Positions 38,420-52,300 of a stretch of DNA of 64,000 nt are shown in pieces. Source of the stretch: Amphiscolops sp. MND2022. Its lineage: Eukaryota. The position numbers and the translations under genes were made by a program. How positions within the stretch are numbered: the stretch's first letter is position 1; every line of letters starts with the position of its first letter. The notes beneath the pieces are model-generated. The model did no database searches. It was given only the letters and a program-made list of their open reading frames with translations, and was not told the origin of the DNA. The DNA is taken from assembly GCA_964187785.1 (NCBI GenBank), contig OZ076409.1, positions 76,634,001 through 76,698,000 on the forward strand, written 5' to 3'.

Positions 38420-39320
38420 TAGTTACCATGTACACGGAATGCTCATTCAATCAAATGAGCAGTCCCCATTTCTTTCACTTAGCGACTTCCAGGTTTTTTA
38501 GTCATCTGGAGGTGGGCGGAAATAGGTCGAAGGAACGGGATCGAAAATCAGAGTTAGTCCTCATGTCGACATACCAAATTTTTAAATGAGATCGAAAAAA
38601 CTCGGATCGAAATTTTTATAACGTAGTTAGATATGTTCACATACCCCTAGTGCCCTGAAGTATAAAGACCTCTCGTTCAAAGATTAATCAGCTGGGGAAA
38701 ATCGAAGAGAGCCGCACGACTGGCATTCATTCAGTGTCATCAGCTAAATGAACATGTCCAAAGTTTAAAAAATAACACAAAACTTTGCGTTCGAAGGATT
38801 CATATAGACTATAGCAGAACAAGAAACAAATCTTATGAGTAAAGTAGCTGAAAAAACAGGGAATCAACTTTGAAATTCCTAGAAGCCTCTCAAGGTTCGA
38901 AAGATGACGAAGAATTTCTGAGACGTTGAGATAAAATTAAGAATCAATGGCGCAAATCCTGTCTTGATATCCTTTTATACTATTCTGCCTGGAAGGGAAG
39001 GAGAAAGATCTGAAGCAGAAAAGCCATAGTCTGCTCTATACGTCGAAAGTACGTTCAGTCACCCTCAATTCATGTTTTTTTCTTATTAAGGGCCCCAGCA
39101 ATTAGAGGAGGGAGCGGACTGGGTGTCACTGGGCTGGGGTGTGCACCCGAGACCCCGAGACTATCTATCCAAAGAGGAAATAATGCCCGTCTATCTTGTT
39201 CTTTTTTCATTTAACTAGTTTATTTATTCTCAAATTGTGATTTTATATTTTATCATACATGTAGATCATGGCCAGCAAATAGTGGCTTCTCGAAAAAACA
39301 AAATTTGTTTTATTTGTTCG

Positions 39321-39520
39321 NNNNNNNNNNNNNNNNNNNNNNNNNNNNNNNNNNNNNNNNNNNNNNNNNNNNNNNNNNNNNNNNNNNNNNNNNNNNNNNN
39401 NNNNNNNNNNNNNNNNNNNNNNNNNNNNNNNNNNNNNNNNNNNNNNNNNNNNNNNNNNNNNNNNNNNNNNNNNNNNNNNNNNNNNNNNNNNNNNNNNNNN
39501 NNNNNNNNNNNNNNNNNNNN
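39321..39520. other. Assembly gap (200 N)
   Basis: Run of n. Confidence 1.
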
Positions 39521-41915
39521 GGCCTATTTTTTTAAAAACCAACGAAGTGGCAGATTTTGTAAGCTGTAACGTATACCCGATATAGCGTTCCTTTGAGAAT
39601 TTTCAAAGCAGCAAAAAGCGCTAAGTAGTCCCCGTCGACAATATCTATCCCTCATTCTATGTCAAATCTATCGGAAAATCATGCAAACAGGAATCTTCCC
39701 CCACGAGTGGAAAAAGGCAGTCATTGTTCCTGTGTTCAAAAAAAGGGAACAAGTCCCTAATTGTTAACTATCGACCCGTATCACTGCTAGATACCCCTGG
39801 GAAAATTTTAGAAACCTTGGTTTCCAAAGAGTTGTATACTTTTTGTTCTCTTTTTCTACATGATTCACAGTTTGGCTTCCGGAAAAACCGATCGACAGTT
39901 ACTCAACTGATAACTTTTCAAAAAATGTATGAAGGGATCGCGGCAAATAGCGATAGTGATGTTACTTCCACAGACTTCAGCAAAGCCTTCAACAAAGTAG
40001 ACCAAGGATTACTTTTACAAAAAATCTACAATATGGGTATTCGAGGAAAGCTTTTTTAAGTGATCAAATCTTTTGTAGTTGCACGTGTAGGGGACTCTAT
40101 CTCCGGAAAGAGTTTCTCGCGACCAGTGGAGTGCCACAAGGCAGCATTCTCAGCCCCCTTCTTTTCCTAATCTTTAAAAATGAATTGCCCGACCTTTGTA
40201 ATGAAGTATGCCCCATACTTTTTGCAGTTGATGCCAATTTCTTCTGCGTTGGATTAGACACAAAAGCTATCCAAGATGACCTAAGCAGTATATTCAATTG
40301 GACTTTATCAAACAAGATGCCTTTCAACATGGAAAAATGAAAAATGTGCACACATTGCAATACCAAACAAGAAAATGTTTTTGGGAATGCTCTCATTGAA
40401 TCTGCGTTAATTTAAACTTCTTCAGGTAGATTTACTGAAAACTTTTATTGAGGTTTTAAGTCCCCCGATAGAGAAACCCTTTTCGAAAATTACAATTTTG
40501 ATAGTGTTGGAATTGATGAACAGGAAGATTGTGATGCCACGATTGAGCATATCGATCGGTTATTCGGTTGAAAGATGATCGTCCCCATTCTTGTTGATGG
40601 TAGTCCCTGTTATGGCCTCAGCAAGTATACCATCTCTCAACTTGAAAACTCTCAGAAAAGAATAGTTCAGTGGGTTATCCCTAGAAAAGAGTCGTACAAG
40701 GAAAAATTGTCGACCTTATCTCTACCAATGTATATCCAAATCAGCAACCTGCTACTATCAAAAATACTACGTGGACGCTATTACTCCCAAAAGCTTCGAA
40801 TACCTCTTATTTTCCGCTTCTTTCTGTTTCAGCTGGATAGACCAAAGAATAAAACTCTGGAAAACGACTTTTACCAAAGCGACTGACTCTCAATTTCTAA
40901 GACTGGATATTACTGACCGAACAAACTTGAAGAAAAAAGTAACTTTTCTGGCAGAATTTAAACAACTTGAACAAATTTTACAAGTGTACATGAGCAGTGA
41001 CATGCGATTGGACGATGAATAACTGCGGAAGCAAAACGAACATCTAGAACATGATAACTGGGGACGTAGTCCCTTGTGTTTATAAACACTAAATGCGTTT
41101 TACTACTCTGTGTTCCGTGACGATATCGCGTTTCGATATGGCTGGGAACCCAGAAACCTACCTTCGAAATCCGCCGGTGATGAAAACTTGGTCGTGACCC
41201 ATGCAATGCGCTGTGCAAGGGGTGGCTTCACACATGTAAGACACAATGAAATACGTGACACGTTCGCGGAACTATTGGACGAAATCTGTTTCGATGTCGA
41301 AATGGAGCCGATCCTTCAGCCTCTACAAGGGAAACCCTTTCAAAGAAACCAACGAGCACTGAAGATGACGCCCGACTTGACATTAACGCAAACTGTGGGA
41401 ATCAGCTTCAAATCATACTTCGACGTTAAAATTTTCAACCCTTTGCAAAAATTTGTCCGAAAAACATTGACGACGATTATAACGTCCACGAGAACGCTGG
41501 AAATTGCGCTTCAACAGAACTTACTTCGACGTTAAAATTTTTAACCCCTTTGCAAAAAGTTGTCCGGAAAACATTGCCTATAACTTCCACGATAACGCAA
41601 AGAAGTTGAAGTATGAATCGAGAATTACTGAAGTGGAGAACGCTAGCTTCAATCCGCGGATCCTTGCTAGCCCAGTAATGATTTGAATAGCTTCGAAGAT
41701 CAGCGAGAAAAAAGACGACTCTTATGCGAACGTGATAACTTTCAAAAGGACAAAACTGCCTCGCTCTCCTAAGATGCTCAATATTGTGTATTCGAGGCTA
41801 ACGTTTGATGCGTCAGACTAACAACTCTGGCATCATCAATTACTACAGTAGTTGACGATAACTTTAGGATAACTTATTAATAATTATCACGCTGATTCAT
41901 TTTCTGACATTGGAC
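39521..41915 (+). repeat. Copy B of the repeated unit (RT fragment + CRE-like fragment) carrying the empty provirus site
   Basis: Matches 14792-15941 joined to 30205-31432. At ~40700 it reads gaaaaATTGTcgacc with a single ATTGT. Confidence 0.95.
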
Positions 41916-42448
41916 CCCCTTTGAGTTTTTTGTTATTTTGCAACAGAATGTATGTTTATAAATCAAAAAGGGTCCCCTTATACATTTTTTCACCACTTTT
42001 GCGATCATAGCGGACTCCTTTGGGGTTTTGGCACCGTGCGACTTACCGGCGGCATTTTTTCACAGTTTTTAGTTTTTGGCTGAGTAAGATGAGTTTTTTG
42101 CTGTTCCCAGTTGGGGAAAAAGTAGTTTTCGAGCCTTTTCCACATCCCTTCGGGTATTTGTTGGCACTGTAAAATTGTCAACATTGGTGTCATTTTGCAT
42201 ATTTAAAAAATACTTTTTTGAACCTTGAGCGGGGCGCCGACTTAGGCCGTTCCCGGCTTGTTTGACAATGTAAGGCCTTTCAGAATTTCCTTCTTTCACC
42301 AAAAGGTCCACTTTGGTTTTGGGGTTTTCCTGTCAAAAAGTCTGTTTCGTGTTCAAAACAGTTTTGGACGTTTCAAAGAACCAACATTTTGAAAAATTTA
42401 CCATTTGAGCTTAAGCGCTCGCCGACATTAGAAGTCCGCGTCTTATTT

Positions 42449-43047
42449 TTTAGTCGGCGCTTTTCTTCAGAAAAGAGCCCGACTATTGCAGTCACTCGTT
42501 TTTAGTCGGAGCTTCCCCCTTTAGTAAAAAAGCCCGACTATTACAGTGGGTAGTTTTTTTCAGCCTACAATCTCACTCTGAATGGTCCACTTTTTTTTAC
42601 AATTCTTACAATCTTACTCAGCTTACGAAGTAGTATTTTTACATCATCTAAGAAACTCAACAGGGCCAAAGGGTACTCCCTTAGAGTATTTTCGGCTCTG
42701 TGAGACTTTTTTTCGGGAAAAATTTCACCAAAGGGTCCCCCTTCAATTCTTTGATATTATCCGACAGAATGGATGTTGAAAAATCCCAAAGGGCCCCCCT
42801 TTTCAGTTTTTTCGGCATTGTGAGACTTTTTTTCATAAAAATCTAAGTTATTCCAAGGGGTCCCCCTTTGGTTCTTTACTTTTTAAACGTAACCTACAAA
42901 ACCGGATGAGTGTAAGGGTCCCCCATTTCGGTTTTTTCGGCACTATGCGACTTTTTCTCGAAATTTTTTTCTGTCTCCAAAGCGTCCTTCCTTCGATTTT
43001 ATTTGGGCCTAAGATATAGCGCCGACTTGAGACGTTTCCGTCTCGTT
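42449..43047 (+). mobile_element. Helentron/DINE-like non-autonomous element, family 1
   Basis: T-run + AGTCGGCGC at the 5' end, GCGCCGACT plus hairpin gagacg-tttc-cgtctc and T-run at the 3' end, internal AAGGGTCCCC core repeats. A related partial copy lies at 41914-42262. Confidence 0.65.
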
Positions 43048-43302
43048 TTTAATAACTTACAAACTTGATGTCCAATTTAGCAGGACATGCCTAGCAGGAC
43101 ATGCCTTTATGCCATCTTTTTCTATTTTCTAATGTCTGACTTTTCTCAGCTCATTAACAAAAAATTCAATTAAATCAATACTACTTTTTATTACAAAATA
43201 TCTGAGAATATCCCATATCTAGTTACAAATAATTGCACAGTAACAAATTGCATTAAACGTATTCTTTTCCGTCCATATTCAATATGGGAAAGGAAAATAT
43301 AA

Positions 43303-46300
43303 TTATTTATTTGCATTTTTCTTTGCTTCTTTGCTCTTTTCACGTTTATCTTTTTTCTCCTGTAATTTTCTCTGTTTGTGCTCCAGATTATTTTGAATTG
43401 TGATTCTGCAGAGTGACAAATTGGCGGCACAGTCTTTTATTCTTCTAGTTTGGTCTTCTTCCAGAACCAAAAGTTTCTCAACATACTGTGCAGTTGATAC
43501 TGTTTTTGCTTTTCGTCGCAATGACTCGTAAGTGCAGAATGTTTCGAACTGCCGCAACATTCTATATTCTGTCTCCTTCAAGGTCGTCTTTTTTTCCTCA
43601 GAGTTGTCTAAAAATCAAACTCGGTCAAATTCAATAATGGTTTGTTCTATATGTTGCACTCATGAATAAAATTTCAAAATTAGAATGTTATCAAACTATT
43701 TGGATCTCAGTCTGCCCGTTTTCTATTTTGTTACTGGGTTTCAACGTCAAAAAGGGAAGATAATCATTTACTAACGGCAATATTTCATTAGTTGGAAAAT
43801 TCTTTCGAACATGCTGAAGGGTGGAGGTAGAAAGGTTTTCTTTTTGTACTCTTCAAGCATCCAGAACATCTCGTACTTCCATTCGGTGGAGGAGTTCTCT
43901 GAAATGCTGTTGTACACTGATCCATACAAGGCCACGAGCAGGTTGAGAATGAGTGCGTTGCCGAGGAAGAGGAAACACACAATGACGATCTCGGTGAGGA
44001 AAGGATGCAGGCCCTCCTTGACTGTCTTGTAGAACGTGTGCCCAATAGACATGTAAAAGGGACGCAGCAGCAACCACTGGTAATCTGTGTACTCTCGTTC
44101 ACCCGCGTGATCGACGTTGTAGAGAAAAATGACGATGCCACACGCGATGATTACCAACAGAAACACGCTGTAACGGGTTTATTTGATAAAGCAACATATA
44201 AAAACTTGAGTATTCCGCCCTACCTAAGAAGTGATTATCAATGACGAAAAGGTCTGTTGGTTTTGCCATGGTGCTCAAGGTTGTTTAGGCTCTATTGCAT
44301 TTAACAGCACCAGTTTCGTAGCATGGATGAATGAAATGGTATTTTTTTCGCAAAAAATTCCGGCAGTCAAAAATGACCACTTGGTGTAATTTTGCTGCTA
44401 TCAAGTTTTGGATTAGATGAGAAAATGCGTTTGCAGCTCGAACCTTTTTGTTGAACTACTGTTTCATGCGTCTGAGAGGATACTGAAACTTTCTTACCTG
44501 AGAAAAATGAGCGTTTCAACCAACATCTTGCGTATCATTATCCATATTGGCCCAAGTTTCGGACTAACTTGGTAGAACCGCAGCAGTCTTAGCCACATGA
44601 AGAACACAACTGGACCGTACATCACTAAAAATTGAACGGTGATTAATAAACTATCTTTTCGCCGAGTTTTGAAATAATTTAGTCTGCAAACCTTTTGCGA
44701 CATCGAACGTATTTTTTGAGATGCTCAGAGGAAACGCTACTATGCCGAAAGTGATATAAATCAAGTTGATCACGTTCCATTCACTCTTCAACCACAATCT
44801 CATTTTCAGCCCCCACGCGGCTTTATCCAAAACCAATTGGGAAATCTCATCTACTGCATGTGAAACTGAAACAAATCATAGTACCAGCCAAAAGCTTGAA
44901 AATGAGATTCACGCATTCAGTTCAAAGTTTATGTTAAAGTAAGCCTCTGGTGCAGTGCAAGGCTGTATTGCGGTTTTCATTCAGCGGTATAGAATGTATC
45001 ACTTTTTAGTATCGTCAGTTGGGACTATTGATAGCATTCAACCTTTTCGAAATGAAATGTGAAACAACTCATTACCATTGCATTTGAAAACATATTTTGT
45101 TGACATCACTCTCATCCATGGTTTGTTTTATTAATTTTCATACTTATAATTTCACGGAGGAACCGATTATTACTTACTGAGGAAGCAAAATTGTGCGAAT
45201 TGATAAATGTTGTACTCCTGATACGTAATTTTGTATAAATAGTAGAAAGTGAAAAGAGCCAAAAAGGCAATATAAGCTGTGACATGGATCACAAATTTGG
45301 TAATAGGGGCGTTGATGAAGACTGAGTATTTGGTGGGTTTTTCAATCATTATCTTGGTTTTCATTTCCTCCAGTTTACTGTTGGACTGTGCTTGAACTTC
45401 CATGTCAATCATGTCCGTGGAAGAAGAATCTCTGAGTAAAGGAGTGATATTCGATTCACTGTTGCTGCTTGCTTGGGGGCCGTTCTCGAAGAACTCTTCA
45501 CTGTTCAAGTCGTACTCGTGCATTCCGAAACTGTGCTTGTCGTATTCGAATGTCGATACGAAAAAAGGACACAGTAGACCGAGTACCACGTCTAAATTGG
45601 AACATCTCAGGGTGTTTTTCCATTGGGAATTGATCGCTGCCTGGACTGCGTTGTTGGCTATGAAACTCTTGGCATCACAATAACCTGTGGAAAAAATCAT
45701 GTTATGGTTCATGATCTATTCGCTAGAAAACATTGACCGTATTTTTCTCAGAACATTGCTTCTCTTATTCGACCGCTGCAAAATGTGGCTTTATTAGATG
45801 CCGGCTTTCATTCCATTCCGACAAATTCGCTAAGGCTAAGAAGCGAGTTCAAAAATCAATCTGAAATAAGGTTGACTCGTTTCGAACACCAGAAATGCAA
45901 ATTATATTGGCACAAAAAGAGCGATGCTGTTGACATTACAGAAACTTTGGGCGGGGGGTCAGAGTTGACAGTTTAAAATAGTCTTGTGAAGAGAATGTCT
46001 ATTTGGGAAGAATGATCGGATTTTATTTTAGTCAGCGAACCAGAAATGCAGCTTTAGAAAAACGCAGACTATAGTTGTGACTTTTTTGAGACCAACGTAG
46101 TGACAGATTTTATAAGCTGACTTGAACTATCACTAAATGCCACACTATTTTTCTGGCACTTGAGATAGAGGTTAATTAGACTTTTTTGAGGTCCCCTTCT
46201 ACATTTTTCGGCACTATGCGACTTATCGGAGACCGAAAAAATTTTGAAAAAAACTTCGAGAAAATGGGATTTTTTTTCAATTTTTTCCTCATGCGGGTAC

Positions 46301-49300
46301 TGTAGAAGAGAATAGTTGACACTTTGAAGTCCTTTTGCTATTTTTGAGCCTTAAATATGGCGCCGACTTGGGCCGTTCCCTGCATGTTTTGTAATTACAT
46401 TTGTAATGTACATTTTTGTAATTGAAATTCTGTAATTTGTAATTGACATGAAGTGTCTACCTTAATTGCACATGACGAAGTCAATGTGCATTGCAGTCCA
46501 GCTAAGAAAGTTTTTTTTTCCACAATAGTCAACTTCATAATGAGCGCCTTTTAGACAAAAGCCAAAACCCCTGAGAGATTCGAACCTGCAGCCTCCCGAT
46601 TGCACGGTATAAGTGTTGACCACTGTGCCATAGGGACGTTATTGAACAAAGTTGAACTGTTGAATATATACGCATGCGATTAAAATAATATATATACGCA
46701 TATTAAAATAATGTCTTCGTCATGTGTTGCGAAGCACCGCTTCGCCTCTGTGTATGATCTTTGCGATGCTTTTGATGGACCAAAAACTAAAAATGAAATA
46801 AATTCTGAAACAATTATTTTCATTCCAACCTGCAATGTCAATGCAATTTTTGTACCCGAAGCAGTCATCTTTGTACAATAGCAGCTGCTGACAGAGCTCT
46901 TTGTTGTTGGACGAACATACAGTCAAAATTTCGTTAGCCATATCATTGAACAGTTGCTCGTTGCTGATCATTTTCTTGCGAGCGTCATTATCATTTGCCG
47001 GTAGCGCCGTTGAGAGAAGTCGCCACAATTCTGAGATTATTAGTGCCAACATGAGCTGTGAACTGCATCTTTCCCAGTAGAACTTGGCCGAGGCCAGCCT
47101 GTTGCTGAAGGTGGCCCATAGCGCCAGTTCCATGAAGGGGTCCTCAAAAAGTACCTTGGGGTATACGTTTTTACACGTGTGATGGCAATGGTTCGATCCT
47201 ACAGAGCCATTAAGAGCTGCGGTTGCTGCCATGCGTCTACCCTGTACGAACTTAATCTTGTGGCTCAAAGCAGCGGAGGTGCGTTTCTTGATCAGCGTGT
47301 ACACATCGTTGATGCAGTATTCGGTTCTGACACCACACGCGGATCTCAGCAGTTTGAGGAAAGGAGGGTAGTTGAAGCAGGTGTCTTGATATAGACGAGC
47401 CAGGACCATGGGTTTGAGGAAGGCTGGAATTATTCAGGCATTATAAACGAAGATATTGTGTCTATATTGGCATCGAGCAGGGCCAATCGCTTCGATACAT
47501 TAATTTCATCTACTTTTAAGTTGTCATTGGCTATTTTTAGGGTTATCAAAATATACGGTAAGTTTTCACGGTCGAAAAATTAGGGATTTTCTGAAAGTAT
47601 TCAATTTCAGACTTTAAGCTATTTTTTGTCGCACATTTTGTGAAGTAGTATTCGATTTCAGTAGTAAGTTTTCATGTTTTTGGAGTAAGATCGAAACAAG
47701 CCACGAGTCCCTGTGAATTTTACATTGTCTACCCTTCAATTTCTCTATCATTTTTAGTCGGCGTTTTCAAAGAAAATGCACGACTCTTACAGTGGCTAGT
47801 TTTTTTTGTCAGTTCAACGCGATCGGTCCACTTTTTCTGTTCAGACTTTCAGGAGGAGAACGTAGGGTTCGATTCTCGCACTAAACCACAAGTTTTTTAA
47901 TGTTTCCACAAGTAGAGGGTAGACCAAAGGGTCCCCTCTTTGGATTTTTTTCGGCACTATGCAACTTTTTTTCCGAAAATTTTTGAATTCTATTAAAGGG
48001 TACCCCTTTGAATTTTTCGGAAGTTGTACGTTTGTAAAAAAAAAAACGTTTAATGGGCCTAAAGGGTCTCTTTTGGGTTTTTCGGCATTATGCGACTTTT
48101 TTTACCAAATACTCTTTTGAAAAATTTTAATTTTTCTCAGAGGCAAACTAGTTTTTTCTCATGTTTGCAGTGCAGAAAAAACCTGTTTTCGAGTTTCGGG
48201 GAAATCCCTTTCGGGATTTTTCGGCACTGTGTGATAAATGAGAAATTTCACAATAGGCTGAGTTGTTCCTTGAGCTAAGTTATTATTGAGCCTTAGATAT
48301 GACGCCGAGTTAGGCCGTTCCCGGCTTTTTTTCTAAATACATGATCAGTTCCTTGTTTGGTTTTCCTGTTTTTCCTGCATTCGGAATGCTAGATGTGAAA
48401 CATACTCTTCATGTCAAGGCCGTGTTCCATGAAGCTCTTGACAAACTCGAGTTTCTCCTCGCTGAAAGCCTTGTGCATGAGGGAGTGAATGTTGTGTCTG
48501 TAGTTGATGTCTTGCTCGTTAGCCAGCATCAATCTGACGTTGTCGTCACAGCGCCCCCACTCCATAGCCAACTCCAAGTTATCCGTACCCTTCTTTGTCA
48601 CACAAAATAGCGCCTAAAATGCACAATTCGAGGTTTCAGGCACCGCTCATCAGGGATTCCGCAAGCAAGATACCTGGAGAAGACAACGATGTTTCTGCTG
48701 CCTAGTTTGAAGCACCGCTAAACGTTAATTTTGTACTTTTAAGTCGCTGCCTTCATACCGATTGTCCAGGAATTGGGGAAAAACTGTTTGTTGATAGGTC
48801 ATTTTTCATTTTAGTCTCTAAATTACGTTTACCTTGAGAAAAATATTTATATGGAAGTGTATCTTGATAAGTCGTTGGTGTCGCATCCTGCGATTCGATT
48901 GATGATTCGTATTAACGACCATGGGGCCCTCGTTCACTGTAGAGCAATTTTTGATTTTCTGACTTTTCGAGCAAAATTCTACTTTTTGAAAGTGTATTTT
49001 TGCAAATAAATACTTCACGAGAGCGAACTAATGTTACATCTTCATGAAATAATTAGTGCCATCATTACCCTGCTTGTTTCTGATGCTGATAAAATTCAAG
49101 GAAAGTGAGAAATGAAATCAGCGACTTTTGCATTGAAAAGGTGGAAACTAATCATTGAATAAAGCCTCGCCCCCGCTGTCACTTTTGGTTCCTTTTTGAT
49201 TCTTTCCTAACAAACGCTCCTCGTTTTTATTATGCTATTTCAACATCACATCTGATGCAATCAAATTTGCATGCGAAGTATGTGTGTCAGCTTAATTCAA

Positions 49301-52300
49301 CGGCGACAAATCTTTCAGCGGAATTATTTGTTGTAGGATTGTCTTTTCAACGGAAATGTTACTTTGAGGGAATAATTACTTTGAGGATTGCCTCATCCAA
49401 CATGTAGTCTGGGTCGTCAATTTTGTAGATAACGACCAAGTCTTTCTTTCGACAACACTCTGCGATGTAATGAATGTATGTGGCGGGTGTGAAAGAATCC
49501 ATGCTGAACAGCTCCCCGTTCTTTTTCAGACAACTTTGATGAAAGCTGAAGAACAAAACATGACAAGAGGTGAAACAAGAAAGAATCAAGATACCAACGG
49601 GTAAGCTAGGATATACTTGCCACCCACCTCTACCCATTGAAAAGACGGCAAGATACAAGGGCAGCAGGCCTGAAAGATCCCGGGCGCTGCATGTCACCAT
49701 CAGGTTTACTCTTTTAATCAATTGCTCTATTCGCATTTTACTATTCGAAGCACGCGCTGCATCGAAGGACACGTACACAGTCATACGCATAGGTATACGC
49801 CAACCTCCATTGTCATGAATTTTTCAAGAGGGCGGGGCTTCATTTGTGGGTTGGGTGTGTGCCAATTTGGTTTTTGTACACTTGCAACTGCTACCAAGGA
49901 ATGACGTAGTTTTAATTTGGGTCCTATCGATCATTCAATTCAGTTTAATTAGCTTGCATCCGTTCGCAAATGCTGCACGACCACTTTCAAAAGGTGCCAA
50001 GCGATCATTTAAATGGAACAATACTTTTGGGAGACTGGGTCGCTGTAAAAATTGACTTTTGTTTCCGGAAATGAATCTTATGTACATGTACATATGGGTT
50101 CGAGTATGTATTTAAATTTCCATGGTACACATTTGAAGGAAATTGCAATTGCTCCTCCCAAATTTTTGACAGCTACTCATTTACCCAAGTTATATCCTCC
50201 CAATTGAGCATTTTGTGCATTATAAACTGTTATCACATTATATGGAATGATCATGAGTTGAATATCGAATTAACTACTTTGGGGGAAAGCTTAAATAACT
50301 TTCTCTTTCTTTCACTTCGTTGCTCACAAAAGTGTACATTAGGAGTGTCTTTTGTAAATCTCAATTGAATTAAATGTCGTGTACGGTAAGGATTCTAATG
50401 GAATGGGGTTTTTTGGGCTCCTGACTACAGTGCTTTATACTTTCCTATAATTTCTTGGTTGAAAAGAGTTGTTTTTCTCATTCGAAAGAAGGACTTTCAA
50501 TTTTTGACTCTAAGAGAACTCGAACTGAGTGTCTTGGCTTATTCACAACATTTAAAGCTTTATTAAGTGTATTACTTCGATCGGAATAGCCGCGAATAAA
50601 AAAGTTAGGTAATTGTGCGTGTGCGACGGATGAATCCGTATACACAAGTACTGTCTTGAAACATAATATAGAAAAACTGGGCGAAAATACAGGGCGGAAA
50701 ACTCGTCCAAAAGCAACTCGTTGAAAATTCCCCGCTGGAAAACTCGTCGCAAGTACCGAAAATCATCTCAGCCAAATATAGAGACGACTTTGTGATCGTA
50801 CTGTGTTATTAAGTTCTAAGTTATTAAGAAGTATTAAACTGTAAACTATAAAAGTGATTATATTACTATAAAAGTGAGTATATTACTATTATAAAAGTAT
50901 GTCTAATCATTTGACGAGTTTGCACTCAAATATTATTCGACGAGTTAATCTTCACCCAGTTTTCCGCTCTTTAATTTCGACGAGTTTTCCGCATACCCTT
51001 GAAACATTTCTTTGATGCCTTATGCCAGTGGTGTCTTACTTGCGTTCCATGATGCTGGCAATTTTGTGGCATTGAAGGGAGGTCAGTATCTGGTTGGTAC
51101 ATTTGGAGTTAGTGATATGCAGTTTGATGGCCAGGGTGAGGATGTCGGCCGCGTCGCCAGAGCCCTCGCACACCACCACCGGAATGCAATTGGCCAGGGC
51201 CCTCGCTGCCCGCTCGAAGCAGTCGTATTCACCTCCAACTGCAACACACGTCGCTTATTGTCAAATCACCACGTTTGTATTGAAAAATTTTTAAGAAGCG
51301 GCCAAGAATAGTGTTCATTAAGGTGTGACGTCGGGATATTTGTTAACACCATGGTATCTTTTCCCTCCCTTTCATGGGCGTTGCAGAATTATTTCATCGT
51401 AGAAACTAATTTTCATTACAAATTAATAATAGTGATGAATAACAATTTTTACCCAAAAATGAACCAAATAGGAGCTCGGCTCCAGGCCGTCTGACTCCCT
51501 AGTCAACACTGCGTCATATACTTGTTCCCTTTCGCTAAACTAATTCAATGAGATGGCGACTTTTACTTGCGAGTTGATGCCACGGAGCAAACACGAAAAA
51601 TCTTGTTGCGCCTCCTGCTGAGTTTTGTGTAGAGATTTTTATTAAAAATATATTCAGTCTCTCACCAAGAATAAGGACAACGGGAGTGTTGAGTCCATTT
51701 TCGTGGGATATGAAAGTCTCGATGTCGCATCGCATGCCCACCTCGTGCTTCGTCTTGTCCTTGATGCCACAGTCGGCCAAGATGAGGTTGATGTTCTGTG
51801 GGTTCAGAGGAAACGAGTACTTCTGGTGTTTGTCCCGTGGACTGGCCTTTGTTACTCTACACCTGCAAACGCATGGGATGACTTCGGGGGTCAAACTTTT
51901 TCACTCGTTGTGGCGATAACTTTTGTTCGAAAAGTATTCGCATAAATAATCTGGAAAACCTACCCGTTTAGATAAAAAACTAAAAACTCTCATGACGTAA
52001 TGCCTAAATCCTAAATTATTATGGTAGGTATTAGAGCATGCATCTGAAAGAACTTTGAGAATGATAGGAAGGAACTTTGTATTTGCGCTCTCATGAGCTT
52101 GTTTCGAAAAGCTTGTTCAAAATTTCAATCGTAAAGCATGTACTACTTTAATTTCCAGTAGTTTATTTGTGTTGTTTTTGAGAAGCAGTCTTTACAAATA
52201 TAGACATCAATCGGTGAATATAATCGAAGTCTGTTTGTTTACCAACATCGGAAAGCATCTTACTTTTTGAGGCGGGGTTGACCTATTGAATTGTTTGCTG

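Noticed and set aside
38266..38589. His-rich 107-aa protein
   Set aside because: Produced by the (CAT)n microsatellite; no other coding evidence.
39237..39569. ORFs containing X runs
   Set aside because: They span the assembly gap.
46566..46637. Functional tRNA gene
   Set aside because: Stems are poorly paired and the sequence is embedded in a repeated element.
50670..50999. MITE with GCGGAAAACTCGTC inverted repeats
   Set aside because: Inverted repeats are visible but termini and TSD could not be defined.
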